This document shows, piece by piece, positions 48,338 through 57,464 of a stretch of DNA of 64,000 nt. Below the pieces are notes generated by a model. It was not told where the DNA came from. It ran no database searches and was given only the letters and a program-made list of their open reading frames with translations. Source of the DNA: an uncultured Candidatus Woesearchaeota archaeon (lineage in GTDB: Archaea > Nanobdellota > Nanobdellia > Woesearchaeales > UBA10107); contig CAWIGF010000003.1 of the NCBI GenBank assembly GCA_963835585.1, forward strand, positions 516,530 through 580,529, written 5' to 3'. The position numbers and the translations under genes were made by a program. Numbering within the stretch: position 1 is the stretch's first letter; each line of letters starts with the position of its first letter.

Positions 48338-49714
48338 TCATAATCCTAATGTTTTTATTATCTCGTTCTTGCTGAACGGTTTCAGATCATCGTACGCCTG
48401 TCCAGTCCCTAAAAACAAAATAGGTTTTTTCGTCACGTAAGAAACAGAAATTGCGGCTCCACCTTTCTCATCAACATCAGCCTTCGAAAGAACTATGCCA
48501 TCTATGGAAACAGCGTCATTGAACTGCTGCGCCTGCTCGACGCAATCATTTCCTGTTATGGATTCGCCTATGAAAAGCTTGTAATCTGGCTTCGCAACAC
48601 GCATTATTTTTTTCATCTCAGACATCAAATTCACGTTAGAGTGGAGACGTCCCGCGGTATCTATCAACACAACATCTATTTTGTTCGCTTCTGCGTACTT
48701 AACAGCATCAAATGCGACAGCTGCGGCGTCGGAACCATAATCCTGTTTTATCAATTTGACATGCAACCTATTCGCGTGCTCTTCCAACTGCTGTATTGCA
48801 GCAGCTCGGAACGTATCCGCTGCCGCCATTACCACTGTGAGCTTATTGTTCATGAAATATTGCGCAAGCTTTGCAATCGTAGTCGTCTTTCCTGAGCCGT
48901 TCACTCCAACAAAAGCGAGTATCAACGGCTTTTTCTTCTTCGCCTCCTTTACCAGATCTACCTTGTCGAACGTGAGTATCTCGTCTATGCTTTTTTTCAA
49001 GGTGTCCAGAACCGTCTTGTCGACATCGAACCTGCTTATCTTTCCTTTTACCAACTTTTCCTTCATGTCATCTTTTATTTTATCTATGACTTCGACGGCG
49101 ACATTGTTCTCCAATAAAATTACCTCGAGATCCCAGAAAAGCGAATTGAATTTATCCTCAGACAAAGAAGTCTTTGTTATGGCCTCTGCGATCTTAGAGA
49201 AGAATCCCTTCTTCTTTTCAGGCTCTTCTTCCTCCTCGAGAAGTTCTGCATCCTCCTCTCCTTCTTCGAACGCCGCTTCCTCAGGAGTTACTTCATCATC
49301 TTCTAATTCTTCCTCTGTTTCCTCTGTCTCCTTGTCCTCAAATTCTTCTACAGGTTCCTCTTCAGAAACTTCTTCTTTAGTTTCAGGTTCCTTCGCAATC
49401 GGTTTTTTTCCAAAAATCCTCGAGAAGAATCCCTGCTTCTCTTCCTGCACCTTTTCTTTTTTCTTAGGAGAAGCTTTTGATTTCTTAGAAGCCATCTTTT
49501 TTATCTGTTCTGTGTCTGGTTGGAAACTTTCTGTTCCTACATTGAACTTCACAGGAGCCTCTTCGTACTTTATGCTCTTCTTATTTTTTTTGGGTTTTGC
49601 CTTCTTCTGAGAAGTTTTCTTGACTTTTTTCTCTTCCTCTTCGACTTCCTTCTTCACGTCTTTCGTGAACTTTGAAAGTGCCTGCTTCAGCTTGTCTTTT
49701 AGAAATCCGAACAT
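48338..49714 (-). CDS. ftsY: signal recognition particle receptor FtsY
   Basis: 458 aa. Long acidic N-terminal region. NG domain with GVNGSGKTTT, DTAGR and SKAD motifs. Confidence 0.9.
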   Translation of the reverse strand: MFGFLKDKLKQALSKFTKDVKKEVEEEEKKVKKTSQKKAKPKKNKKSIKYEEAPVKFNVGTESFQPDTEQIKKMASKKSKASPKKKEKVQEEKQGFFSRIFGKKPIAKEPETKEEVSEEEPVEEFEDKETEETEEELEDDEVTPEEAAFEEGEEDAELLEEEEEPEKKKGFFSKIAEAITKTSLSEDKFNSLFWDLEVILLENNVAVEVIDKIKDDMKEKLVKGKISRFDVDKTVLDTLKKSIDEILTFDKVDLVKEAKKKKPLILAFVGVNGSGKTTTIAKLAQYFMNNKLTVVMAAADTFRAAAIQQLEEHANRLHVKLIKQDYGSDAAAVAFDAVKYAEANKIDVVLIDTAGRLHSNVNLMSEMKKIMRVAKPDYKLFIGESITGNDCVEQAQQFNDAVSIDGIVLSKADVDEKGGAAISVSYVTKKPILFLGTGQAYDDLKPFSKNEIIKTLGL

Positions 49715-49715
49715 T

Positions 49716-50105
49716 TTAGTGGATGTGGTCTCCCAACTCTACGAGCCTGTCCTCGATCTTCTGCATCTGGTCGAGCATGTTTTCCCGCATCTCGCTCATC
49801 TCCTTGATCCGCGAATCCAATAGTGATTTTGTGTCAGGAATCGTCTTCTCAACCACGATTTCCTTGCCGACATTCACCAGTAGCATATCTGTCTTCTCAA
49901 GTTTTGCCTTTAGAAATATTCCGTTGCTGACGGGAGCTAAAATTTGCGAATTATTGGATGTGCTGGCAAGCTCATCGAGGCAATTTTTAACATATTCCAT
50001 TTCCATTAAGCTTGCATCCACGCGCTCAATCTGTTCTCCTATGAACTGCGCCTCTGTGTTCAAGATCTGCAATTCTTTTTCCGTTTCTTTGCTCGTTTCT
50101 TTCAT
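49716..50105 (-). CDS. pfdA: prefoldin alpha subunit
   Basis: 129 aa: coiled coil, two beta-hairpins (ILAPVSNGIFLKAKLEKTDMLLVNVGKEIVVEKT), coiled coil. The pfdA-ftsY adjacency is conserved in archaea. Confidence 0.6.
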   Translation of the reverse strand: MKETSKETEKELQILNTEAQFIGEQIERVDASLMEMEYVKNCLDELASTSNNSQILAPVSNGIFLKAKLEKTDMLLVNVGKEIVVEKTIPDTKSLLDSRIKEMSEMRENMLDQMQKIEDRLVELGDHIH

Positions 50106-50263
50106 TTTAACTTTTTTAGGATTTCCTGCAGGACAGCTTCGTACTTCGCCTCGGCGCCTATCAAAGCAATTATATCATCATCATATTTTTTGTCCTTCCT
50201 GACCTCTTCGAGATGATATGACACAAGATTCTTAATCACATCTTTTTCCTGTTTTGTAAACAT
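50102..50263 (-). CDS. hypothetical small protein
   Basis: 53-aa ORF from the internal ATG (MFTKQEKDVIKNLVSYHLEE...). It sits between scpA and pfdA. The longer track ORF overlaps scpA. Confidence 0.2.
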   Translation of the reverse strand: MFTKQEKDVIKNLVSYHLEEVRKDKKYDDDIIALIGAEAKYEAVLQEILKKLK

Positions 50264-50267
50264 TGTC

Positions 50268-51104
50268 TCACCTTTTTTTCTTGTTCTTGTCTGACTCTTC
50301 AAGAGCGTCCCCGACAAAATCGTGTTGTTTCTTGAGATCAGGAACTTCATGCAGGGCCGAACCTGATTTTCTCTCGCTCTTATTAGGGAGAAGTATATCA
50401 ATCTCGCCGAAATGCGTCTCCTGCTCTAGCTCCACTTTCTGATCGTTTGACAGATGCAATAACGGCAAAAACACGCCGACAAGATCTGCCTTATTTTTTG
50501 AAGGAACGAGCTCGCTGAATGTAAGCGACTGCGCCTTCGCGAGGTGCTTTGTTATCTGCCCATAAAGCGCATCGATAATTTTCGAGATATCTATCTTTTT
50601 TTCAGGAACAGTTATGTTGACCGCTGCGAGGATTTCCCGTCGTCGCTTCTTTACTTCCAATGCTTGCTTCAATGCCTCAACCAAATCATATATTGATACT
50701 TTCCTTTTTCGCGGCTGCGGAGTTTTTGGAATAAGCTTGGCATGTTCCATGTCGAACTGGGGCCTTGGTTTCTCGATATTATACAAGTCCTCCTCGGGAT
50801 AATCCTCTGGATGCATCAGTCTGTCAAGATTTAGCATCTCTTCGTTGATAAGATAATTAGACTTGAACTTGAGGAGAACTGCCGCCGCGAGAACGACCTT
50901 TCCGGAAACGCGCAAATCCATCTCCTGCATCTTCTTGAGCATTTCGATGTACTTGTGTGAGATTTCAGAAACATCTATGTCCCATGGATCCATTCCTTCC
51001 GACTTGACAAGCTCCATGAGAAGGGCCTGCCAGGTGACTTCATCCTCCTTAAATATTATGTCAAAGATGCGTTGTTCCATAGGGAAAAAAGGCAGTTTCG
51101 ACAT
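50268..51104 (-). CDS. scpA: segregation and condensation protein A (ScpA kleisin)
   Basis: 278 aa. ScpA N-terminal helical region (MDPWDIDVSEISHKYIEMLKKMQEMDLRVSGKVVLAAAVLLKFKS) and a C-terminal wHTH. Confidence 0.6.
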   Translation of the reverse strand: MSKLPFFPMEQRIFDIIFKEDEVTWQALLMELVKSEGMDPWDIDVSEISHKYIEMLKKMQEMDLRVSGKVVLAAAVLLKFKSNYLINEEMLNLDRLMHPEDYPEEDLYNIEKPRPQFDMEHAKLIPKTPQPRKRKVSIYDLVEALKQALEVKKRRREILAAVNITVPEKKIDISKIIDALYGQITKHLAKAQSLTFSELVPSKNKADLVGVFLPLLHLSNDQKVELEQETHFGEIDILLPNKSERKSGSALHEVPDLKKQHDFVGDALEESDKNKKKR

Positions 51105-51237
51105 TTATAAACTTATCTCGTTGAAACAAGCTTCTAAAGCCTTCGCAGGCCATACATAAGCGTAAAGTTTAAATATGGTATGGTGTACTTCAATGAATAA
51201 GACTTATTAAATAATATTGAAACAAAGGGGTACAGAA

Positions 51238-51792
51238 ATGGCAAAGAAAACACAGAAAAACGCGGCGCATGCTAAACATGAAGCAGCACCTGCAAAGAAA
51301 GAAGAGGGAAGTTCTATTGGATGGATTATCGCGGCAATCGTCGTAATAGTAATCATCGCATTCCTGGTTATGAAGCCTTCAACACAGGCACCTACGCAGA
51401 ATAACAATGCGCAACAGGCTCCTACTCAAGTAAATGGAGTACAATCGGCATCAGCGCCCACAAATTTGATCAATAACTGCACAGCAACGATTGGAATAAT
51501 CCCTGGGTCATTCTCATTGGCGAACAATATCGTCACGGTAACGTTCAGGAATAATGGACGTGTACAGATTGATGGAACATACTTGCAATTCAGAGGTGTT
51601 GACCAGACAAAAGTCATATACGAGCAAGATAATAGCGTAATCGCAGTAGGACAGACTGCAAATTACACTGTCGACTTGAATGCACTTGGCACTACGCTTG
51701 GAGCAGCAGTCAACTCGTTCGTCTTGTACCCAATACAAGCCGGAAACACATGTTTCAATCAGAAAGTCGTTGTGATTAAAGACAGAGCATAA
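51238..51792 (+). CDS. membrane-anchored secreted protein
   Basis: A basic N-terminus (MAKKTQKN..), a TM helix (IGWIIAAIVVIVIIAFLV), then a Q/N/T-rich extracellular domain. Confidence 0.4.
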   Translation: MAKKTQKNAAHAKHEAAPAKKEEGSSIGWIIAAIVVIVIIAFLVMKPSTQAPTQNNNAQQAPTQVNGVQSASAPTNLINNCTATIGIIPGSFSLANNIVTVTFRNNGRVQIDGTYLQFRGVDQTKVIYEQDNSVIAVGQTANYTVDLNALGTTLGAAVNSFVLYPIQAGNTCFNQKVVVIKDRA

Positions 51793-51855
51793 TCACGCGC
51801 TTTTTTCTTTATTTTTTTCATAATCTTTATTAGTACTTGAGTTTTCATTCAACAC

Positions 51856-52116
51856 ATGATACCACATTTACCTGATTGGGCAATAACCACTTATCTTATC
51901 ATAGGGGCAATAATATTCATTCTCGCTGTATATGATGCGTTCTTCAGAAAAGAACACCACAAAGTTCATGTGGAGAAACCCAAGAAGGCTATGCACAGGG
52001 CGCACAAAGAACCCAAGATAGTTCATGTGGAAGAGCACAATAAGGAAGAAGTCACGGAACAAAAACAAGAGGCTGTTGCAGAAGAGCCGGGAGAACAATT
52101 AATAGTAAATCACTGA
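51856..52116 (+). CDS. small membrane protein
   Basis: 86 aa with one TM helix and a His/Lys/Glu-rich tail. Confidence 0.3.
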   Translation: MIPHLPDWAITTYLIIGAIIFILAVYDAFFRKEHHKVHVEKPKKAMHRAHKEPKIVHVEEHNKEEVTEQKQEAVAEEPGEQLIVNH

Positions 52117-52195
52117 TTATTTCAAATTCTCAATTTTAGGGCGTATAAACATTTACATAAACTTTTTAAAGAAACAGAAGGTTCAGAAAGGTTAG

Positions 52196-52268
<73 letters not shown>

Positions 52269-52273
52269 TTAAT

Positions 52274-52344
52274 GCGATGATGGTTAAATGGTAGAATATA
52301 GCCTTCCCAAGGCTGTGATCCGGGTTCGATTCCCGGTCGTCGCA
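52274..52344 (+). tRNA. tRNA-Gly (anticodon CCC)
   Basis: Acceptor GCGATGA/TCGTCGC, anticodon stem TAGCC/GGCTG, loop TTCCCAA, T-arm CCGGG-TTCGATT-CCCGG. 71 nt. Confidence 0.7.
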
Positions 52345-52354
52345 GTTGAAAGAA

Positions 52355-52466
52355 GCGATGATAGTTGAATGGTACAATACGACCTTGCCAATAGCGGCCG
52401 TCCGAGACGTTCGGATGTTTGCCAAGCAAACAGGTTGTGGCCCGGGTCCGATTCCCGGTCATCGCA
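52355..52466 (+). tRNA. tRNA-Gly (anticodon GCC) with ~41-nt intron
   Basis: Acceptor and D-arm are nearly identical to the Gly-CCC gene. Anticodon stem CGACC/GGTTG, loop TTGCCA|A, with a 41-nt insert at 52391-52431. The insert contains a TCCGA-gacgt-TCGGA hairpin and a second TTGCCAAGCAA copy of the anticodon loop. Confidence 0.65.
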
Positions 52467-52500
52467 TCATACCATAAATCCAATGCGACAACAAGAAACC

Positions 52501-52584
52501 GGTGGTTTAGATTTATAGGACGGCCCCCGGTCATCGCATGAATTTTGAATCTTCTTTTTTTGAATAAATTACTATTTTGCACAC
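52501..52584 (+). repeat. direct repeat A (tRNA-Gly 3'-end-like; downstream flank of fic cassette)
   Basis: GGTGGTTTAGATTTATAGGACGGCCCCCGGTCATCGCATGAATTTTGAATCTTC...TGAATAAATTACTATTTTGCACA. The ...GGCCC-CCGGTCATCGCA segment equals the tRNA-Gly(GCC) 3' end with the 11-nt T-loop deleted. Confidence 0.65.
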
Positions 52585-52627
52585 GTCAGACATAGCTAAA
52601 CTCTATTTGCAACGATCAGAGAACGGA

Positions 52628-53554
52628 CTATAATCTAAATTGATCTATAACAACTTCGAACATTTTCTCGCAGTATTTCTTGACATTTTTTACATTGTAA
52701 TAATCGGTTGCTTCATAATATTTTGCCCTTAATTTAACGGGAACAAATAGTTTCGGATAGTTGGATTTCATTAAAATCCAATTCATCAAAGCTCGCCCCG
52801 TTCTTCCGTTTCCGTCCTCAAATGGATGAATTTCGACAAATTGCGCATGTACCAAGCAAGCTAAGACAAAAGGATGAATCTTTCTTTTATTTTGTTCATA
52901 AAATTTAATCATTTCATTAAGCAGGGGCTTGACTTTTTCGGGTGACGGCGGAACAAACTCTGTTCCTTCAATTTTTACAGGAAAGAATCTTACCCGCCCA
53001 GGATAAATGACCCCTGTATTTTGTGTCAGAATTAAATTCATTTTCTCCAAAAACTCGATTGTTAACTTTCCCTTGTATCTTTTGATAAAATCTAGCGCTT
53101 CTCTTCCATTCAATGCTTCATTGTAGTCCTTTGGAGGAGCTCCTGATGGAATTTGTTTTTCCTTGATAACTAAAAATGTATCTCTCAAAGTTAATCTATT
53201 TCCTTCGATTGCATTTGAATTATAAGTAAATCTGATGACAAAATCAGTTTCTTCTTTTTCAAGTATCGTCTTTGGAATTGTTTTAAGATGATTACCGTAC
53301 ACTTCCTTAAAATCATCGATGATTTCAAGTTTATCTGCATCCAGATAGTTTTCGTTATAGACTTTGTATTCTTCGAGTTTCAATTCTTTTAATTTTTCTC
53401 CTATCTGTTCTCGTGTTGGTTTATGTTCACCTAACTTTATCCTTATTTTCTTCCATTTGTCTTTCCCGACTCTGATTGTTTTCCCCAGGTAGTAGAAGTA
53501 TTTGTTTCCAGATCGTATTCTATCAACGTATGCCACAGGATATTTATTGTCCAC
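52628..53554 (-). CDS. fic: Fic/Doc family protein (motif HPFEDGNGRTGR), paralog of 39846..40796
   Basis: 308 aa. Fic motif IHPFEDGNGRTGRALMNWIL. The N-terminal domain is shared with the other Fic protein. It uses an apparent GTG start, overlapped by a 9-bp inverted repeat (TTGTCCACA ... TGTGGACAA) that flanks a TATA-like box. Confidence 0.8.
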   Translation of the reverse strand: MDNKYPVAYVDRIRSGNKYFYYLGKTIRVGKDKWKKIRIKLGEHKPTREQIGEKLKELKLEEYKVYNENYLDADKLEIIDDFKEVYGNHLKTIPKTILEKEETDFVIRFTYNSNAIEGNRLTLRDTFLVIKEKQIPSGAPPKDYNEALNGREALDFIKRYKGKLTIEFLEKMNLILTQNTGVIYPGRVRFFPVKIEGTEFVPPSPEKVKPLLNEMIKFYEQNKRKIHPFVLACLVHAQFVEIHPFEDGNGRTGRALMNWILMKSNYPKLFVPVKLRAKYYEATDYYNVKNVKKYCEKMFEVVIDQFRL

Positions 53555-53691
53555 ATATTATATAAATCTTTCTATTTTGTGGACAACATATAATCAAAAA
53601 AATATCAGTGCCCAGAAATCTGGGCAAAAATCACAAGATATAAAAAGTCCAAGAACGTCCATGTCGCTGAAATAAACCATTTATAGCCTTT

Positions 53692-53780
53692 GGCGGTTTA
53701 AACCTATAGGTCGGTTCCCGATCGTCGCATGAATTTTAGATTTTCATATTACTTTCTGAATAAATTCTCTGTTTTTCATA
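53692..53780 (+). repeat. direct repeat B (tRNA-Gly 3'-end-like; upstream flank of fic cassette)
   Basis: GGCGGTTTAAACCTATAGGTCGGTTCCCGATCGTCGCATGAATTTTAGATTTTCATATTACTTTCTGAATAAATTCTCTGTTTTTCATA. It is about 75% identical to repeat A, and its tRNA-like end (TCGTCGCA) resembles the tRNA-Gly(CCC) 3' end. Confidence 0.65.
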
Positions 53781-54129
53781 AACAAAGTAGTCAGGGATAC
53801 AAATCATGAAGTTATCCTTCACAAATTATACTCAACCCACTCGCTAAAAAAAGCAATAGATTTTTAAGCATCATAAGTTTAGAAATTAGTATGAGGCTGA
53901 AATATTACGGTTTCTTATTTATGTGTTTGACGTTCGGAGTGATTTTCATAAGTGGCGTTACAGGAGAATCGCAGATATCGTGAAGAGCACAAATGCTGCA
54001 GAAGCAAAAGAAGCGTGCAGTGCAATGTCTTCAGCAAATTCCCCTGGGTGCCTGCAGGAAATCAGGGGATAATGTGCCTTCCTGAACCCATATCTTTATA
54101 AACAAAATATTTTCTTAACTCTATGAGCT

Positions 54130-54235
54130 GAGCCCGTAGCTTAGCCTGGTGGAGCGTCGGTCTTATATGGCAACGTTTCATTGAAACGGTGATTAGGAAC
54201 ACCGGTGGTCGAGAGTTCAAATCTCTCCGGGCTCA
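54130..54235 (+). tRNA. intron-containing tRNA, anticodon TAT (Ile) candidate
   Basis: Acceptor GAGCCCG/CGGGCTC, D-arm GCTT-AGCCTGGTG-GAGC, anticodon stem TCGGT/ACCGG, loop CTTATA followed by a ~33-nt insert with a CGTTTCA-TT-GAAACG hairpin. T-arm GAGAG-TTCAAAT-CTCTC, discriminator A. Confidence 0.55.
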
Positions 54236-54569
54236 CTTTTATTGATTTGAACCCCTAACTGAGAAAATTGAGTTATGGGGTCTCCTGATAAAGAATAATT
54301 AGATTTAGGCAAAAATGATATTTTCATCGTTTCTACATTTATTTTAGTTTTTTGCATGTTTTTGAGGAGACAAGGTTTTTAGTGATTATCTCCTTGACCG
54401 ACCCTTCGTTATAGACTTTGTAATGCCCATTCTTCATAAATCTTTTCCTATTTTTATGGATTTGAACCCTTGACCTAATTTTATTAATAAATACTGCCAA
54501 GAAATAATTATCCGAAACGGATATTTTCTGGATTTAGTTTAATTAACTTTTTTTGACAATTAGTCTTCT

Positions 54570-54764
54570 ATGAAATGTTTACATTGTAAAAAAGAACTTG
54601 AAGAACATGAATACAAATTTTGTATTACTTGTCTGAGAGCTTTGAAGCATAAGTATGCGAAAGAAGCATTGTCAATGACTGAACTTGAATTTGAGGACTG
54701 GCTAAATGAAAAATATGAGATTCAGTATAAGGCAGACCGCCACTTTAGAAGATTTCAAAACTGA
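54570..54764 (+). CDS. small Cys-pair protein (Zn-ribbon-like)
   Basis: 64 aa with MKCLHCKK...FCITC. First ORF of the low-GC island. Confidence 0.3.
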   Translation: MKCLHCKKELEEHEYKFCITCLRALKHKYAKEALSMTELEFEDWLNEKYEIQYKADRHFRRFQN

Positions 54765-55104
54765 AATCGGTTGGCTGATGATTTTCACAGCCTTGTATTT
54801 GCCGTTTTCAATAATTATTTCGCTGAAAGGAAATTACCTGCATCTTTTTTTATCATCTGTAATGTCAGGAGCTCTGCTTACGATTGAGTTCAGAGATATG
54901 TTCACTAAAGAAAACAAGCCAACCCCCATACAGATGAGGCCTCAGAGGAAGCAGGAGATACGCCATCCTGAAATTGAGCGTATCCCTGTTTCTTCTCCAT
55001 TTCCTTTCATGAATACAAACACGGAGGTAAAAAATGAAACCCAAGCAAATAATGATGTATCTGTTGTTGGGAATGATGCTGTTAACACCGATAGCGTTTG
55101 CTGA
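54706..55104 (+). CDS. hypothetical membrane protein (2 TM)
   Basis: 132 aa. It overlaps its neighbours in other frames, so the boundaries are uncertain. Confidence 0.3.
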   Translation: MKNMRFSIRQTATLEDFKTEIGWLMIFTALYLPFSIIISLKGNYLHLFLSSVMSGALLTIEFRDMFTKENKPTPIQMRPQRKQEIRHPEIERIPVSSPFPFMNTNTEVKNETQANNDVSVVGNDAVNTDSVC

Positions 55105-55333
55105 CAGCACATTTGACGACATTTTGAAACCCGTTGTCAAAATATATGATTTCGCAAAATATGCGGCATCAATTATTGCGATGATATTTCTGTTATTTGC
55201 AGGAATAACATACATGACATCAGGCGGAGATACACAAAAGCGTGAACAAGCAAAGAACATGGTTGCGTATGTTGTGATTGGCCTAATTGTAATTTGGGCA
55301 GCACCATACTTAGTGGACTTGCTGACAAAATGA
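55034..55333 (+). CDS. VirB2/TrbC-like pilin candidate
   Basis: 99 aa: a signal peptide (MKPKQIMMYLLLGMMLLTPIAFA) and two hydrophobic helices separated by a short polar loop (SGGDTQKREQAKN). This is the canonical conjugative-pilin topology and size. Confidence 0.45.
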   Translation: MKPKQIMMYLLLGMMLLTPIAFADSTFDDILKPVVKIYDFAKYAASIIAMIFLLFAGITYMTSGGDTQKREQAKNMVAYVVIGLIVIWAAPYLVDLLTK

Positions 55334-56649
55334 AAGCAATACTGCTTATGCTGTTGTTAATTCCGACAGCATTTGCTTTGGATTGTGCAAATGTTCAGGA
55401 TTCCACTAATTGCAATTATATTCTGAACAGCGACATTCCACAATCTGAGAAAAATGATTTAATTTCTAATTTAATTTATGTTGGAAATCAATTTCCTGAT
55501 TTTGATTCCGTTTTGAATTGGAATAAAGGACTTGATGTTTCAGAAAATCTTGGCTTCAAAACATATTCTTCGACTTACATAAAGAACGCTTGGATTAAAT
55601 CATTAGCTGTTGTTCCTTCTGTTGTTGATGAAACTTTGTTAGTTGCTCCAAACGGAACGATGCAATGCACGTATGATTATGATGTTGTTATTGACAAAAA
55701 GCTAATTGGAAACGACTGCAAGACAAATTACAAACTTCTTTCTCAAAAAGCAGAAGTCAAGAATTATGTCAATAATGTTTATCAGAACTCAGGAACTCTT
55801 GTCAAATATCAAAGCGATGCTGATGTTTTGAATTTTAAATCTGAATTGAATGTTGAAGCTAATGTTCAAATCGAACACTACAAAATCAGAAGATATTGCT
55901 GTTCAAGAGATGCTTTCGGTAGCTGTAAACATTACTGTACAGTTTGTGAATATAAAAGCACAGAAACAAAAACAGACAAATTGGTTGTTTCTGATTCCAT
56001 TAATGCTAAAAAAGAAAATGCTTTTCCCAAATTAAATCTTGAAGTTCTAAATCAATACAACGGAAACACAAAAATAAGATTTAATTATTCTGATGTTGAA
56101 GCATTTAGAATTGATTTTGCTGATTCTTACATTTCTGAAACAAGAACTTCTTACGTTCCTAATTTCACAATTTACAACATCATGCAGTTGTTTTCAAAAG
56201 AATTGATTGACAGAAATTCTCAAAATGTTGTTTTCTTAAATAACAATACATTTCTTGTGAAAAATACAAATGGCTGTTCAATTACTCTGTGGACACATTT
56301 TACTCAAATAAAACAATCTTGCAATTTAACTTATGTTCCTGTTTCTATTTCGATAAAAACTGATAAGTTTACTTACAAAGAAAACGAAACTATCAAAGTT
56401 TCAATTATTCCGAATGATATTTTTGTTAATTTAAATTATGGAGATATTAGCAAGTTAGCAAAAGGAAATTCTGAATTTATTGTCAAACAGCCGTTCAACA
56501 GAATTGTTGGAACTTACAAAGATGCTTCTGCTGACGCTTTAATCGCTGTGAAAACTGAGAATTGGACTACTTTATTTCAACTAGGAACATTTGCAGGAGC
56601 AAATCTTGCATTATTTGCGATGGTGAGAAAATTCAAAACTGCGGATTAA
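55330..56649 (+). CDS. secreted Cys-containing protein with C-terminal TM anchor (T4SS-associated surface/adhesin candidate)
   Basis: The ATGA start overlaps the pilin stop. Signal peptide MKAILLMLLLIPTAFA, 12 Cys, N/K-rich, C-terminal hydrophobic helix (LFQLGTFAGANLALFAMV). Confidence 0.4.
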   Translation: MKAILLMLLLIPTAFALDCANVQDSTNCNYILNSDIPQSEKNDLISNLIYVGNQFPDFDSVLNWNKGLDVSENLGFKTYSSTYIKNAWIKSLAVVPSVVDETLLVAPNGTMQCTYDYDVVIDKKLIGNDCKTNYKLLSQKAEVKNYVNNVYQNSGTLVKYQSDADVLNFKSELNVEANVQIEHYKIRRYCCSRDAFGSCKHYCTVCEYKSTETKTDKLVVSDSINAKKENAFPKLNLEVLNQYNGNTKIRFNYSDVEAFRIDFADSYISETRTSYVPNFTIYNIMQLFSKELIDRNSQNVVFLNNNTFLVKNTNGCSITLWTHFTQIKQSCNLTYVPVSISIKTDKFTYKENETIKVSIIPNDIFVNLNYGDISKLAKGNSEFIVKQPFNRIVGTYKDASADALIAVKTENWTTLFQLGTFAGANLALFAMVRKFKTAD

Positions 56650-56732
56650 CTAATTTAGCAACTTGTTTGCCTGAAAAGTTCTTTGATTTCATTCTTACAA
56701 TAATCAATGCTCCATTAACTCCATTAATCAAA

Positions 56733-57464
56733 ATGGCACAATCACTTCTTACCGAGCAAGTCAACGTAGAATTATTTCATGGATTGTGGGGAACAATGGT
56801 TTACGTTATCTCGATGTTTTACGGATTATATTTTATAATTGCAGGATTTAATTTAATGATTTCAGGATATGACGCAGAAAAAAGAGAAAAAGCAAAGTCT
56901 TGGCTGAAAAATACTGTGCTTATGGTTTTCTTTGTTCAAGCTTCATATTTATTGTATTCATTAGTTCTTGAATTAGCATCAGGATTAAGTTCAGGAGCGA
57001 TGAGCTTGATTGATGCAAACTTCTTTTTATTGACAACTGATAATTTAGCGAGTATTGGATTAGAAATAATGCTATTTCTTGCTTATGCACTTGTTCTTCT
57101 TTTAACTTCATTATTGCTTGTTCTTAGATACATTTGTGTTGGTGTTGGAGTTATGTTTGTTCCAATCGGAATTTTCTTTTACTTTACACCTATGCTTGAA
57201 GAATACGGAAAACTGATACTAAATGCACTTTCTGTGATTATTTTCCTTCCTTTTGTTCAGGTTTTGATTTTACTTGCTTCATCAAAGCTAATTTCAATGC
57301 CTATTTTTGCAAATATGAAAATCTTAGTGATGATTTCCTCATTTTTATTTATTGACTGCGTTATGATTTTGCTTTTCCTGTTTGTGATAGCAAAAGCAGC
57401 AATGTCGGCATTGCGTTCAGATGTTGGAAAGACAGCTTCAATGGTTTATGGTAAACTAACATGA
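56733..57464 (+). CDS. VirB6/TrbL-like polytopic membrane protein candidate
   Basis: About 243 aa from MAQSLL, with 6-7 TM helices. The first helix-loop region (FIIAGFNLMISGYDAEKREKAKSW) resembles the pilin-like ORF. Confidence 0.4.
   Translation: MAQSLLTEQVNVELFHGLWGTMVYVISMFYGLYFIIAGFNLMISGYDAEKREKAKSWLKNTVLMVFFVQASYLLYSLVLELASGLSSGAMSLIDANFFLLTTDNLASIGLEIMLFLAYALVLLLTSLLLVLRYICVGVGVMFVPIGIFFYFTPMLEEYGKLILNALSVIIFLPFVQVLILLASSKLISMPIFANMKILVMISSFLFIDCVMILLFLFVIAKAAMSALRSDVGKTASMVYGKLT

Noticed and set aside
48756-49610. 284-aa Ser-rich ORF
   Set aside because: Antisense shadow of the acidic N-terminal region of ftsY.
52486-52540. A fourth tRNA (or split-tRNA half) immediately after tRNA-Gly(GCC)
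   Set aside because: Only the 3' acceptor and T-stem are present, with the T-loop deleted. No 5' half or anticodon arm can be folded. It is interpreted as an att-like repeat remnant.
53990-54060. Locally GC-richer hairpin CCCCTG(16 nt)CAGGGG upstream of the tRNA at 54130, as a possible small RNA
   Set aside because: A single 6-bp stem with no flanking conservation that I can assess. Insufficient evidence.
56562-56732. N-terminal 57 aa of the longest VirB6-like ORF
   Set aside because: Overlaps the upstream secreted-protein gene in another frame. A start at MAQSLL (56733) is more plausible.
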